A stretch of 64,000 nt of DNA from Octopus vulgaris (Eukaryota), in contig OX597814.1 in the NCBI GenBank assembly GCA_951406725.2, positions 106,082,001-106,146,000 of the forward strand, given 5' to 3'. A model generated the notes under the pieces. It was given only the letters and a program-made list of their open reading frames with translations. It did no database searches and was not told the origin of the DNA. Position numbers and translations under genes: made by a program. Positions 24,134-37,445 of the stretch are shown here, piece by piece (the stretch's first letter is position 1; every line of letters starts with the position of its first letter).

Positions 24134-27032
24134 GTGAGGTAATCACGAGCTAGTGTCAAAAACGCATTCCACACGCAAAGTACTACTTGCTTTTTCCAAT
24201 GACAAACTGTCGCTGATCTTGTGAGATGAATGTGAGACTAGGTTGAGATACAAGTACAGGTGTGCATATTTTTCGCATAATAAATTAGGAAAGGATTAAT
24301 TAACGTTGCTAATTAATGACATGGTGAACATGTACTCAATACAATCAGGACTTGTCTGAAGAAGTAGCTGCACGCCGTAAGCGGAAAACTGTCTTGCGAT
24401 CTTTTGTCATCTTGTTACTCTTTAGAATGAAGTGTTGATGGATCGAATTTTGTGGATGAAATTGTCATGTGTATTTATATGCATATATATATGAAACCAG
24501 AGTTGGGAAGTTGGTAATTGTGCAGTGGAACCCTCTAAAGTTTCATCTCACGATCGAAGTGATTTTCACCGGGCATTTTTCAAATTTAGAAATGAGTTTA
24601 TTTCATTAGTATGTGATGTGTTTATGATAATGATGAGAAAGGGACCAAGGAAAATTCGATAAACTGCTTTTGCACTTGTTGAGGTAAGTATGAAGCAAAG
24701 AGGATAACCGGAAAGAGATTGAGCAGTTTTGTTGATCACAAGTGTGGGTAGATCAGTGTGGATTGTTTAGAAGAGAAAGTGAGTTGAGTGGAAATGCATA
24801 CTGCGACTTATGTGTTATGTGAATTGCTTTGCGTTGAATATTTCGTCTCCATTGAAACTTTAGCTTAATGATGTGGTTTTGTTGTTTGAAGTGCGTTAAG
24901 TAACATAATTTGAATGAAGATCGGTAACATCGACTTCGATATGTGTGTGTGTATAGATGCATACATACATGCATACATACGTACATATCTACATATATGC
25001 ATACATACATTCGTACATATACAAATATACAAATATATATAAATGCATATATACATACATATATACACATATACATACGCGCGCGCGCGCGCACACACAC
25101 ACACACACACAATCTAAATTGAGGGAGTAGAACAGGTAAAATGCACACTACATATGATTTTTAGCTAACTGCGTTTCTGATGTAATAATTATTCAGCAAC
25201 CGGTACACAACTTAACTAATCATGAAACCGATAATACCTTAGCTAAATAAAGATTATATTTAGCTAAGATTAGCTCAGTCGAGTACTCGTCATTGAGAAA
25301 TTATTACATCCCAGGATCGGTAGCTAAGAAACATATGTAGCTCTGGATTTTACTAGTTCCGCTCCTTCAATTTGGGTTTTTATTTGTATTTGTAACCACT
25401 ATAATTGTTAACCATGAGCCGGCCATATAGAAACGTTTAGCTTGTCGAATTTTCTCATAACTTCGATATGGTAAAACGTGTAACCATCGCTGCCAATAAA
25501 TTGTTATTGTTCCTGATCGTACACCGTCCACTTTCTCTTTCCATATCTGCCACCGATCGCTTGAAGCTTAAAAACTTCCTACACTTAGATACCTGAACCT
25601 TACCTTTATATATCAATATTTTTATATATTATGTTATATCCACGCGATGTTACGCTATCCGCGTTGATTGATTTGTTATTATATCATGCTCTTTGTGGCA
25701 CCGTGTATTGGAGGAATGAGATTATATATGTCACATGCCGGTTCCATGAATCTTCCTGCCCCATATTATTAGAATATAAAGTGGTGGCATTTCAATTTCA
25801 TGCTTTGGTGTTGTAGCGTTGTCATAGGCACCAATATTGTACGATAATGATGTTTTATTTTGATGAAGATGACTTATCGCTATCAATTTTCTAGTGAAAT
25901 ATATTCATGCGTTAAAACACTACGTGCTGCATTCTCTCTGGCAGTTGACGATGTCTATATTGTGTGTTTGGTCCCTTGTTATGGACATTGTAAGGGCGGA
26001 GATATTGTTTTTAGAACTGGAAACTTGAAATGGAAATAAGAATATATTTCTGAGTTTCTGTGTTGTATTACGTTTTCTGGTGTTTGAATACAGTTATGTT
26101 ACTTTGTATTTTCTGTTGCGAGGGTTTTTTTATTAAGATTTTCTACATTTTGTCTTTTCTTATTAACTATTTTGTGCGGATTCATCAATACGAAGTTAGT
26201 TTCATTCTTTGTGTTAATCAGTTGGTTGATCTTATATTTTTATGTCGATATTTTATCACTGGATCTTCGATCTTGTTTGTGAAAAACTTGGTAAAGATAG
26301 ATAAACTTACACAATACAAATAGACAATTTGATAAAATTAATGGTAGCCTGAAACATTACAAAAAAAAAATGTAGCAGAAATACAACTTGCAAGCAAGAA
26401 ATAAAACAGCGAAATCGCGAATAGAATATTCCAAAGAAAAGCAGAAAAGTCATAAATATTTGTATTCAAGAAAAACCACAAAAAATCAGTAAAAATCTGT
26501 AAGGAGTAACAAGCAGCGTCAGCATCTTTACCAAAGGTCACATCACGCGTGACTTTAAGAAATGTCACATCACGATGATAACGCCAAGTAACTAACCTAC
26601 ACTCACATGTTAACGCATCTCTTTCCAATCTCTCATATAATCAAATTAATGTATTCAAATGCTAAAAACTATTTGGACCCTCACATATAAATACACATGA
26701 CAATTTCATCCACAAAATTCGATCCATCAACACCATTCTAAAGAGTAACAAGATGACAAAAGATTAAATATCGCAAGACAGTTTTCCGCTTACAGCATGC
26801 AGCTACTTCTCCAGACAAGTCCTGATTGTATTGAGTACATGTTCACCATGTCATTAATTAGCAACGTTAATCCTTTCCTAATTTATTATGCGAAAAATAT
26901 GCACACTTATACTTGTATCTCCACCTAGTCTCACATTCATCTCACAAGATCAGCGACAGTTTGTCATTGGAAAAAGCAAGTAGTACTTTGCGTGTGGAAT
27001 GCGTTTTTGACACTAGCTCGTGATTACCTCAC
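24134..27032. repeat. ~350-bp inverted repeat pair (24134-24481 / 26684-27032) enclosing ~2.2 kb
   Basis: gtgaggtaatcacgagctagtgtcaaaaacgc...gtcatgtgtatttatatg and its reverse complement, with few substitutions and indels. Confidence 0.9.
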
Positions 27033-29522
27033 ACTGATAACGGCTTACTACCCAGAAACCCGGGTTTGTGTGAATCACGTCAGACTAGAGATGGGAATGA
27101 GGATTCCCCTCGCAAATACTAATTGGACACAGACAGTGTGTCGTTGGCCAGCTGGAGGATATATATATATATATAAACAGATGAAGTGAAAAAATCAAAA
27201 GTTTTATCCAAGGGAATTAATAGTTCAATTAGTAGCAACATGTTGTGACATTACTGTAAATCTAGATGGAAAAGTCTTGCACGAATAAACATAAACGGCG
27301 AAAGCTATCCATAAAAGCGACGTAGATTTAAAACAAAGAATCAGAAAAGCATAAATTTAACACATGGTTCATAATTGAATTATTTAAAAACCTGTTTAAT
27401 TAGGAATAGGTGTTATTGGTTAATGATAGTTATTCTTAATGAAACAGGCGTTGAAATTAATTAAAATATGAACTATTTTTAAAAGTTATACCATCCTGCT
27501 TACAATTCTAACATACACACACACATTCATGTATATATATATATACATACATATACATACTTATGCATATGTACATTCATTCATGCACACAGACACATAT
27601 GCATTTAAATATTTTCCTGTGTTTGATTCTCTGTGTATATATTAACAGTACACTACATATGCTGTTTCCCAAAATTGGACAAATGAACTACTTCTTTTTA
27701 ACCTACACAAAATAGCCTCTCTGTAAGAGCTCTGCATAGTGGCTTCCTCACGGTAAAAGGCATCGTGTAACTAGTTTCTAGACTTATTAGAGAAAAGATT
27801 ATCTAGCTTCTCCACCTCCGAATATTATTATCTATACCAATTAATCTATGTTGCTGGGTATGTATTTTTAGTCAAGTTAGTGAGATTAGTTTAAACCTGT
27901 TCCTGTTTCTAGACAGAAATTGACAACTTCCAGATTAACAAAATGAATGTTCTTTCCCTAATGAACAGCAGAAAGGACGAGAAACTAGTCAGGTTGATCA
28001 TTTTTACAACACACACACACACACACATAAATTTGTGTGTGTGTGATTGTGTGTTTGTGAGCGTGTGTGCGTGTGTCTACGTGTCTGTTTCTGTATAGTA
28101 AATGGCAAGTAGAAATGTTATACAAACGCTACCACACTTAATTTCTAATATTCAATGTACCATTGAAGACAAACAGCCAAGCATACCTCTCGGCTCTTAA
28201 TAGTGTTTTATAGTCTTTAGATTCTCCCATCTATATTCAGAACTCAATCAAATCCTACCGAGTCTTTGACTGTTCGATGTTTCATATCGTTACATACTTT
28301 AGCAGTAGTCTCGACCATTTCATTCTATTTATTATATCATTTTTGTTTGCAAAACTTGCCTATTTTGGTAATCAAACAGCACCTGTGTTTTAATAATTTA
28401 TAATACAAATGCTTGGTGATTCTTTAAATTAAGGAAGTGGGCTGAGCGTAATATTTAACTATTTCAATACAAACAACTTTATTAAGTGTTAACTAGCATG
28501 TTTCTGTATCTGAAAACCGGAAGCCTAACGAAATATCAAAATATTTAGTGAATAAGAAATGAAAGTTTGCAGATAAATAAACAGATGTCTGCCTACTATT
28601 ATTCTATTGTGTAGATCCATTGAACTGCTTTGTTCCACACAACCAAAGTACCTCGAGGAATTGATATGAATCGAACTGATCCAATAACTAATAAAACATC
28701 AGCTGAAACCACCAAAAGCTGAAAATAAAATATTATATTATCAAAGCTCCCCTGGGGCGATACTGTAAACTGACTTCATAATACTGATCAGAAAAGTCAC
28801 GCCTTGAAATATGTACAAAAAGAAAATATTTATCAATACAACTAAGGTTAAGGTTAGTTATAAGTGCATTTCGGTTATAAGTTACAAAATAAATGCTACT
28901 CTTATAGAAATAAAACCACTAAAAATTGACTTTTAACTATACAAGCAAACACATCTGCACTCAAACCGGTAAATGCTTAGGCAAGCGTTTCATGTACTGC
29001 GCCAGTGTGACAAGAAATGGCGGAAGAGAAAGTTAAATTCGACAACGAGGAAAACAACTTCAATTGCCGACGCTAACAATCTCCGATACAAGATCAATAA
29101 TGAATGTGGTTTATATTTGCTTGTGTTCATATGTATGTATGTGTGGATGGATGAATGGATGTAAGTATGTATGTATGTGTGTATGTATGTATGTATGGAT
29201 GGATGGATGTAAGTATGTATGTATGTGTGTATGCATGTAAGTATGTATGTGTGTGTGTATGTGTCCCTGTACATATATATACATATATATATATACATTT
29301 ATGTATGCATGTATATATATATATATTTATGTATGCATGTATATATGTATGCATGTATATATATATATATATACACACACACATTTTTATATAGTATATG
29401 TACATAACCGTATATATATATATATGTTTATATGTGTGTGCGTTTATAATACACATGTATACATATGCATACATACACAGGCATATATACATATAATGCA
29501 CGTATGCATGATTGTGTGTGTG

Positions 29523-29568
<46 letters not shown>

Positions 29569-29678
29569 ATGTGTTTTCTATGTTAACTATGTAATCAGCG
29601 TGAACGTTTGATTACATTTCCACTCTGAGCCACTCATGCGGGTTTTATCAAAAGAAATAGAAAACATTGAGTAAAAGG

Positions 29679-29714
<36 letters not shown>

Positions 29715-29718
29715 AGTA

Positions 29719-29780
<62 letters not shown>

Positions 29781-31714
29781 GATAGAGGTAGAGAGAGAGA
29801 GAGAGAGAGAGATAGAGAGAGAGAAGAAATGTCAGTGAAAGGGTTATCGAAGAATGAAGATTAATCAATAATACATTAGCCGATCACTTGTCTTTGATAA
29901 ATAGGAAAACACGTTCAAATCCTTATTCAATATTTTTTTTTTATCCTTTCTAAATTTGTTCATTAATGATTGTTTGAGAAATACTCATTAGACATCAGAA
30001 AATAAACTAATAAGCTGTTTAATAATTAAATATCATATATTTTAGATATTTTCGTAATGTTCCATTCTTTTATCGTAAAAAATCGGTTTCAGAAAATGGA
30101 AGTGTAGAGTTAAAATTGATAAATTCCATTAAAGCCCCAGGAAATCTATTTTGCACCCTTTGGTTGGTTTTAGACCAATGTTTGTAACCTGCCGTTCAAC
30201 AGGAATGATAACACTTCACTTACAATGCAGATGGAACTTATCAGGCGTGAACCAAATTATTGTCCATCGTATATTTCGTTATTCTGCCCGGAGAAATAAG
30301 AAGCAAATAATATGTCGAGGAATTTTGGTATGAAAGCCACTTTATTTACTCTATCGAATTTGACGCTCACTGGCAGAGATTTCAGTAGAGACCAAGGTTT
30401 ACGTGTGACGGCTATGATTACATTGACCAAATGTAATATTTTCCTTTGATATGTCACACGTTGTGATCTGATCGGCAAAGCTCTATTTTCAATGCTTATT
30501 GCACAACTATTCGAATTGATTCAGTTAGACATTTCACTCCGCAACAATTACATAGGGATCTCATATTCAAACAGTTTGCTGAATTTACATTGGAAAACCA
30601 ACTACTTTATCATTTATTACAAAGACAACATTGTAATGGCTCCGGTCGATTTTATGCCCTCTTTTAATCTTTCTCAATGGTAGCAATCAGATTTGCTCCA
30701 GTGATCGCCCACATCCTCTCCTCTTTGTAATATTTGCAAAGTGACTTTGTGCAGAATGGAAGGTCTGTTTGGATGAGTCAACATTCATAGTAACGATCGG
30801 ATCATATGCTCAGAAAATATTTTCAAGCATTTAATGACGATATGATCTACAAACATATTACCATGCATTAATTATTATTTATGATTACCCATAGTGATAA
30901 TAACGCTTTCCTCACGCACATTTTCGTTTTGAACACAGCCAAGTTAGATGTAACGCTGCCAATCATTAAAATCGATTAATAGTGTAATATTATTAATAGG
31001 GACTCTTGTATGGTTTTGAAATAGATTTTGTTTTAAATTTCTACTTCACATTATATATTCAATAAATTTCTCTTTGGATGTTCTTGTGTCGATTGTTCGT
31101 GTAGTTGTATCATCAAATTGCAACCAGCTTTGGGAATAGGGCGCTGTCAACTCAAAATAAAAGTTCACCAGATATATTGTTGTTAATGAAGTGGTTAGTC
31201 GATCAAATCCGGCAAGTACTAGCTTAGTGTCGCCATTGGATAACTAATTAAATTAAAAACATAATTGATAAAGGAGAGAAATAGATAGACTGGGAGAGAA
31301 AATGAAACATAGAGAAAGAAGGAAAGAGGAAAAAACAGAGGATGACATTATGCAGAATGATTGCTGTTCTGGTTAACTGAATAAAGTCTGCCAATGACAG
31401 TTTTGGGGACGGGACCCCTTAACGCATCAACTGTTAGATGGCGACCGTTCAAAACTAAAAATTTACCAATAATTTCGGTTCTTTTTCCACAGAATATCGC
31501 CCACTGGAACTTCCTTTCGGTCAATATCTTCCTGTTATTAGTTAATAAGAACATTAGCCACATTGACCTTGGAAACCATGATGGTTCAACAGAAACCATG
31601 TGCATCTCCCATTTCTCCAGACTAACTTATTAATTATCCATCTAACCACTTTTTCCACCCACATTTCTTGGGAGGATGGTGAAGGAAGAATCCGCAGACG
31701 TCATCTTCCTTCTT

Positions 31715-31955
31715 AATCAGGGACCTTTTGAGCGGTATGGACTACTCAAGATGAAGAAAATTCTAACTGAGCCCCACTTGCAATGTCATGCGCTTTTTGT
31801 CTTGATATAAGATCACCATGTCACGCACATTATGATTGTGATGCATGTGCCTGGCGTACCCTCATCAGACGGGTAGTCATGGTGGGTATACTGGGCTTCG
31901 TATATTTTACCCCAGTGTCACTTTGATGGCATGCACTGCTCTCTCACCCAATAAG
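31715..31955 (+). mobile_element. Family A (AAT)n-tailed element, 3' part
   Basis: Homologous to 12258-13226, with (AAT)n tail. Confidence 0.85.
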
Positions 31956-31956
31956 G

Positions 31957-32051
<95 letters not shown>

Positions 32052-32056
32052 TCTGA

Positions 32057-33056
32057 ATAATAAATGGCAAGAAAAACCTCTCTATGGCAAATACCCAAAG
32101 AGAGCGAATAATGCAGATATCGACAAAGCCCTGACCCATCAATGGCTAATGGCCTCTGGCTTAAAATCTGAAACAGAGGGGTTTATCATAGCAGCTCAAG
32201 ATCAATGCCTACCAACAAGAAACTACCAGGCCAACATATTAAAGATCAGAAGCAGTCCAACGTGTCGTGTATGCAAGCAACAAAATGAAACCATTGACCA
32301 TGTGGTCTCCAAGTGCAGTCTTCTAGCGCCTACAGAGTATCTCAACAGGCACGATAGAGCTGCACAATATATTCACTGGGTAATCTGTAAAAACCTGGAT
32401 TTGCCCCATGAAAAAAACTGGTGGGAACACAAACCACCCCCAGTGCTTGAAAATGACCACATCTCACTCCTCTGGAACTTCACCATTCAAACTGACAGGA
32501 AGATAGATGCAAATAGGCCAGACATCATATTGAAAAACTTCAAACAAAGAACATGCCTCCTCATTGATATGACTGTCCCAATCGATATAAACGTATCTGT
32601 CAAGACCTACCAAAAACTGAGCAAATATAAAGATCTTGAAATAGAAATCAGCAAAATGTGGAAGCTGAAGACTAAAACAATACCTGTTGTCATAGGTGCC
32701 CTGGGAATGATAGCAAAAGGGGCTGATAGCTACCTAACTCAGATACCAGGAAACCCAAAAATGGCAGAAGTTCAAAAGATAGTGCTCATGGGAACTGCTC
32801 ATATCCTACGCAAAATACTCTCTATGTAATCTCAAGGTTTAAAACAAACATAATTTTCGGTTTAAAAAAAAAAAAAAAAAAAAAAACCTTTTTTTTTTTT
32901 TTTTAGACATTCATTAGTACAACATCCCCACCCCCCAAATATATGGCATACTAGGCATAACAACAACATGAACTTCCAACCCTGTTGTCTCTTGAGGTCT
33001 CTGGGTGAGACTTGGAGCCAACTTGTACAAATATAAAGCTAAAGTCAAACATAGAA
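32057..33056 (+). mobile_element. Dong/R4-like non-LTR retrotransposon 3' fragment (family B): CCHC zinc knuckle + restriction-like endonuclease, open frame to the stop at 32829
   Basis: ETEGFIIAAQDQ, CRVC...H...C, RHD, RPDII...LIDMTVP...KLSKYKDL, PVVIGALG. Flanked by (AAT)n. Confidence 0.92.
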
Positions 33057-33077
33057 TAATAATAATAATAATAATAA

Positions 33078-33328
33078 TAAACCCTTATTCAGAGACCTTT
33101 TGAGCGGGATGGGCTACTCAACCTGAAGAAAATTCTAACTGGACCCCACCTGCAAGGTCATGTGCTGTTTATCTTGATATGAGATCACCATGTCACGCAC
33201 ATTATGGTTGTGATGCATGTGCCTGGCGTACCCTCAGCAGACGGATAGTCATGGTGGGTATAGTGGGCTTCGTATATTTTACCCCAGTGTCACTTTGATG
33301 GCATGCACTGCTCTCTCACCCAATAAGG

Positions 33329-33411
<83 letters not shown>

Positions 33412-33652
33412 CCCTTATTCAGAGACCTTTTGAGCGGGATGGGCTACTCAACCTGAAGAAAAAATTCTAACTGGACCCCACCTGCAAGGTCATGTGCTGT
33501 TTATCTTGATATGAGATCACCATGTCGCGCACATATGGTTGTGATGCATGTGCCTGGTGTACCCTTATCAGACGGGTAGTCATGATGGGTATATTGGGCT
33601 TCGTATATTTTACCCCAGTGTCACTTTGATGGCATGCACTGCTCTCTCACTC
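33078..33652 (+). mobile_element. Two tandem family A fragments separated by (AAT)n
   Basis: Both begin aaacccttattcagagacc and end in (AAT)n. Confidence 0.85.
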
Positions 33653-33674
33653 AATAATAATAATAATAATAATA

Positions 33675-34086
33675 GACCTACCAAAAACTGAGCAAGTATA
33701 AAGATCTTGAAATAGAAATTGGCAAAATGTGAAACCTCAAGGCTAAAACAATATATGTTCCCCTAGGAATTATAGCAAAAGGTGCTGATTGCTACCTAGT
33801 TCAGATACCAGGAAACCCCCAAATGACAGAAGTTCCAAAGATAATGCTCATGGGAACTACCTATGTCCTACGTAAAATACTGCCTATGTAATCTAAAATT
33901 TTAAAACAAACTCATAAATTTCTTATGGTTTCTTAAACATTCTCTAGAACAACACTATGTACAAAACCAAATATATGGCACCCTAGGCATAACACCAACA
34001 TGAACTTCTAACTTGTTGTCTGTTGAGGTCTCTGGGCGAGAGTTGGAGCCAATTTGTACAAATGCAAAGCAAAAGTCAAACATAAA
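33675..34086 (+). mobile_element. Dong/R4-like family B 3' fragment (degenerate)
   Basis: Homologous to 32605-33056. Confidence 0.85.
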
Positions 34087-34125
34087 ATAACGATGATGAT
34101 GATGATGATAATAATAATAATAATC

Positions 34126-34171
<46 letters not shown>

Positions 34172-34175
34172 TAAT

Positions 34176-36152
34176 AGCACAAAAAGGCCTTTGATAGTAA
34201 CAAAAAGGCGTTTGATAGCATCCCCCACACATGGATCCTCGAAACACTAGCCATTAACAAAGTAGCATCAACAATTATAAAACTCATAGGGCACTCTATG
34301 GATAAATCGCAAACAGTCCTACACCTCCAAACAAAAGAGGGACTCATGAAAACCAAAACCATCCCCATTAGAAGAGGAATATTCCAGGGAGACACGCTCT
34401 CTCCACTCCTTTTCTGCTTGGCACTGTCACCTCTATCTGATATGCTAAATAGAACTGGATGCGGATAAAAATGTTACAGCAAAACGATCAGCCACCTTTT
34501 ATATATGGATGACCTAAAACTATTCGCTGCAGATGACAAACAGCTGGAAACACTATTAAAGACAGTTCATGGATTTACCCAAGAAATAGATATGAAATTT
34601 GGATTAGAAAAATGCGCTAAAGTAACCCTGAAAAGAGGAAAACTAGTTAAGAGTAGCAACATCACACTAGATAAAACCAATGAAATAAAAGAATTAGACC
34701 AAAGCCAAACTTACAAATACTTAGGAATCCATGAACTAGATAAGACACAACATACACAAATGAAAGAGAAAATAAAAAAAGAATATTATAGACGAGTTAG
34801 ATCATTACTAAAAACAGAGCTCAATGCTAAAAACAAGATAATAGGTATTAACACTTTAGCTGTCGCAGTTATAAGTTACAGCTACAATATCCTTAACTGG
34901 ACACTAAATGAACTGACCAAAATAGATAGGAAAACAAGAAAAATAATGACAGGGTCTAGGATGCATCACCCAAAATCTGACATAGAAAGACTATATATAT
35001 ACAACGTATAGAAGGTGGTAGAGGCCTTATACAGCTGGAAAACTACTTTAAAATAACCACCATAGAACTGCCAAAATATCTACTTCAGAGTGAAGGAAAA
35101 CTGATACAAATAGCGGCAAAACACGAGCAAAACAAAAAACTGTTCTCAGTATTTAAGGAAGCTGACAAATACAAACAAGAAATCATACCACCTAATAAAT
35201 ATGAAGAAGAAGAAGAAACAACAAAAGCTATAAAACAAATGAAATCCAAACTAAAACTAGAACAGCTAAGAACCATGATAAAACGATGGCAAGAAAAGCC
35301 CCTTCATGGTAAATACTGAACTAAACTAAACGCAAAAGAAATAGACAAAGAAAAATCCCAGCAATGGTTGAGAAGCTCAGGACTCAAAGCAGAGACAGAG
35401 GGATTTTTAATTGCAGCACAAGACTAAAGCCTCCCCACCAGAAATTACCAAAAACATGTAATGAAAAGAAATATAACAAGTAACTGCAGAATATGTGGAG
35501 ATGGACAAGAAACAATTAATCATATTATCTCTGGCTGCCCAGTCCTGGCTAAGAAGGAATATATTCACAGACATGACAGAGTTGGAACCTACATACACTG
35601 GAAGCTATGCCAACATTATGGAATAACAACAGAAAAAAGATGGTATAGGCACACACCAGAAATGGTCACAGAAAACGAGAAAGCAACCATACTCTGGGAT
35701 ATGCCGATACACACAGATAGAAAATTAAGGCCAACAGACCAGATATAGTTGTCAGAGATCATGAAGAAAAAAAATGCTTTCTAATTGATGTATCAATACC
35801 GGCAGATGACAACGTATCTCTAAAAGAAATGGAGAAACTCTCAAATTACAAAGACCTGGAAATAGAGGTAACCAGAATGTGGAATCTAAAAACAGAAACA
35901 ATTCCTATCATAGTAGGTGCATTAGGCATGATAAAAAAATATTCAGACAAATACATAACAAAAACACCAGGACTTACAAACACATATAACATACAGAAAA
36001 TTGCACTACTAGGCACTGCGCACATCCTACGCAGAACACTTTCCATACAATAACCATCAGAGCATCACAACAAATCACAGCACATACCTGAGGCACACAG
36101 AGCTGCGCTCGGTAGTGAAGTGAAAGCACGCTATAAAAATAAAACTACGGAA
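34176..36152 (+). mobile_element. Dong/R4-like LINE family C, 5'-truncated: RT, CCHC and REL endonuclease with stops and frameshifts
   Basis: KKAFDSIPH, GIFQGDTLSPLLF, YMDDLK, YKYLG, CRIC...H...C, RHD, RPDIV...LIDVSIP. (AAT)n/(TAG)n tail. Confidence 0.93.
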
Positions 36153-36174
36153 TAATGATAATAATAATTATTAT

Positions 36175-36239
<65 letters not shown>

Positions 36240-37232
36240 ATAATGTAGAGCAGGCAATTTACTCCTTCTATAGTATAATGATACATGCTATCTGTCTGAG
36301 ATTTCTTTCTTGAAATATGGAAATAATAATCCTTATATTAAAAAAAGAAATGTTTCTCGTTTCACCAGTTCCCCCATTCTAAATTCATATATTACTCGAA
36401 TAAATGAATCATAACATGTAAATTCTTTATATATTTTCATCGTTCTAAAGTTTGTTATAATGAACATTATTTGTCTTTTAGCCATTTCAAAGAATTTTAA
36501 CTTTTAGAATATTTGTTTTTGCAACAGAAGCAACTTGTATCAATTGTTTTGTAAAAACTACAAATATTGTAATATGGTCTCTTTGTTTTGTTTTGTTGTT
36601 TTTTGTTTTATTAATTTCATTCTAATTTCGCCCAGTAAAACCATTTTCCCCAGTCATTTGTGCAATTCTGTAGAAAATCTATAACAGTATGGTCATTCCA
36701 TTCTTGCCATAAGTTCAGAATTTTTGGCAAATATACTTTTTCCTATTTCAGCTCAACAGAAGTGAACATTTTTCGTCAATTTACAACCTGTTAAGCATCT
36801 GGTGGTAGATATACTAATTCAAAGAGAGAAGTTTTCTTCGCCTTAGGAAGGATACAGAACAACGCCAATAATTTGGCACTATATTCACTGAAACCGTTAT
36901 CTCTATCCATATTCCTACCAAATTCTTGTCAGACAGAATTTTCTGAGGGCTTTTACAAGACACTGCAACTGAATTCCTCTCTTCGATCGAATGAAGAACG
37001 AAAAGCTGCAAGATAGAATTTCATTGACGATCTGTTATCTTTTCGATGGCCTTCAACGCAGCTATGTTCAAACTTGTGGCAAATGAGATAAAGACAAGAA
37101 TAAGTTTATCAAAGACAAGCTGAAATCTCAGAGACATCCAACACTTACCAATGCTAAGAGACCAGCGTTAGACTATCAAATAAAGAATTAGAGAAACAAA
37201 ACACTGAAATGATTTCAGCATTACAAACAGAA

Positions 37233-37445
37233 AAAGGCCGCGAGTTGGCAGAATCGCTACCGCGCCGGACAGAATGCTTAGCGGCATTTCTTCCAACTCT
37301 ACGTTCTGAGTTCGAATTCCACAGATCGACTTTTACTTTTCATCATTTCAGGGTCGATAAAATATGTACCAGTTTAGTCGGGGTCATTTTAATCGTCTTA
37401 CCCAGTCCTCAAAATTGCTGGCCTTCTACCAACATTTGGAACCAA
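37233..37445 (+). mobile_element. SINE family S1 (older copy)
   Basis: aaggccgcgagttggcagaatcg...gagttcgaattcc...gggtcgataaa. Confidence 0.75.

Noticed and set aside
24480-31700. Possible host exons in unique sequence (isolated splice-like signals, short ORFs)
   Set aside because: No recognisable protein similarity or consistent exon structure. RNA-seq or homology search is needed, and small exons cannot be excluded.
32865-32904. Poly(A)-cc-poly(T) hairpin in a Dong 3' UTR
   Set aside because: Absent from sibling copies; likely homopolymer expansion or a sequencing artefact.
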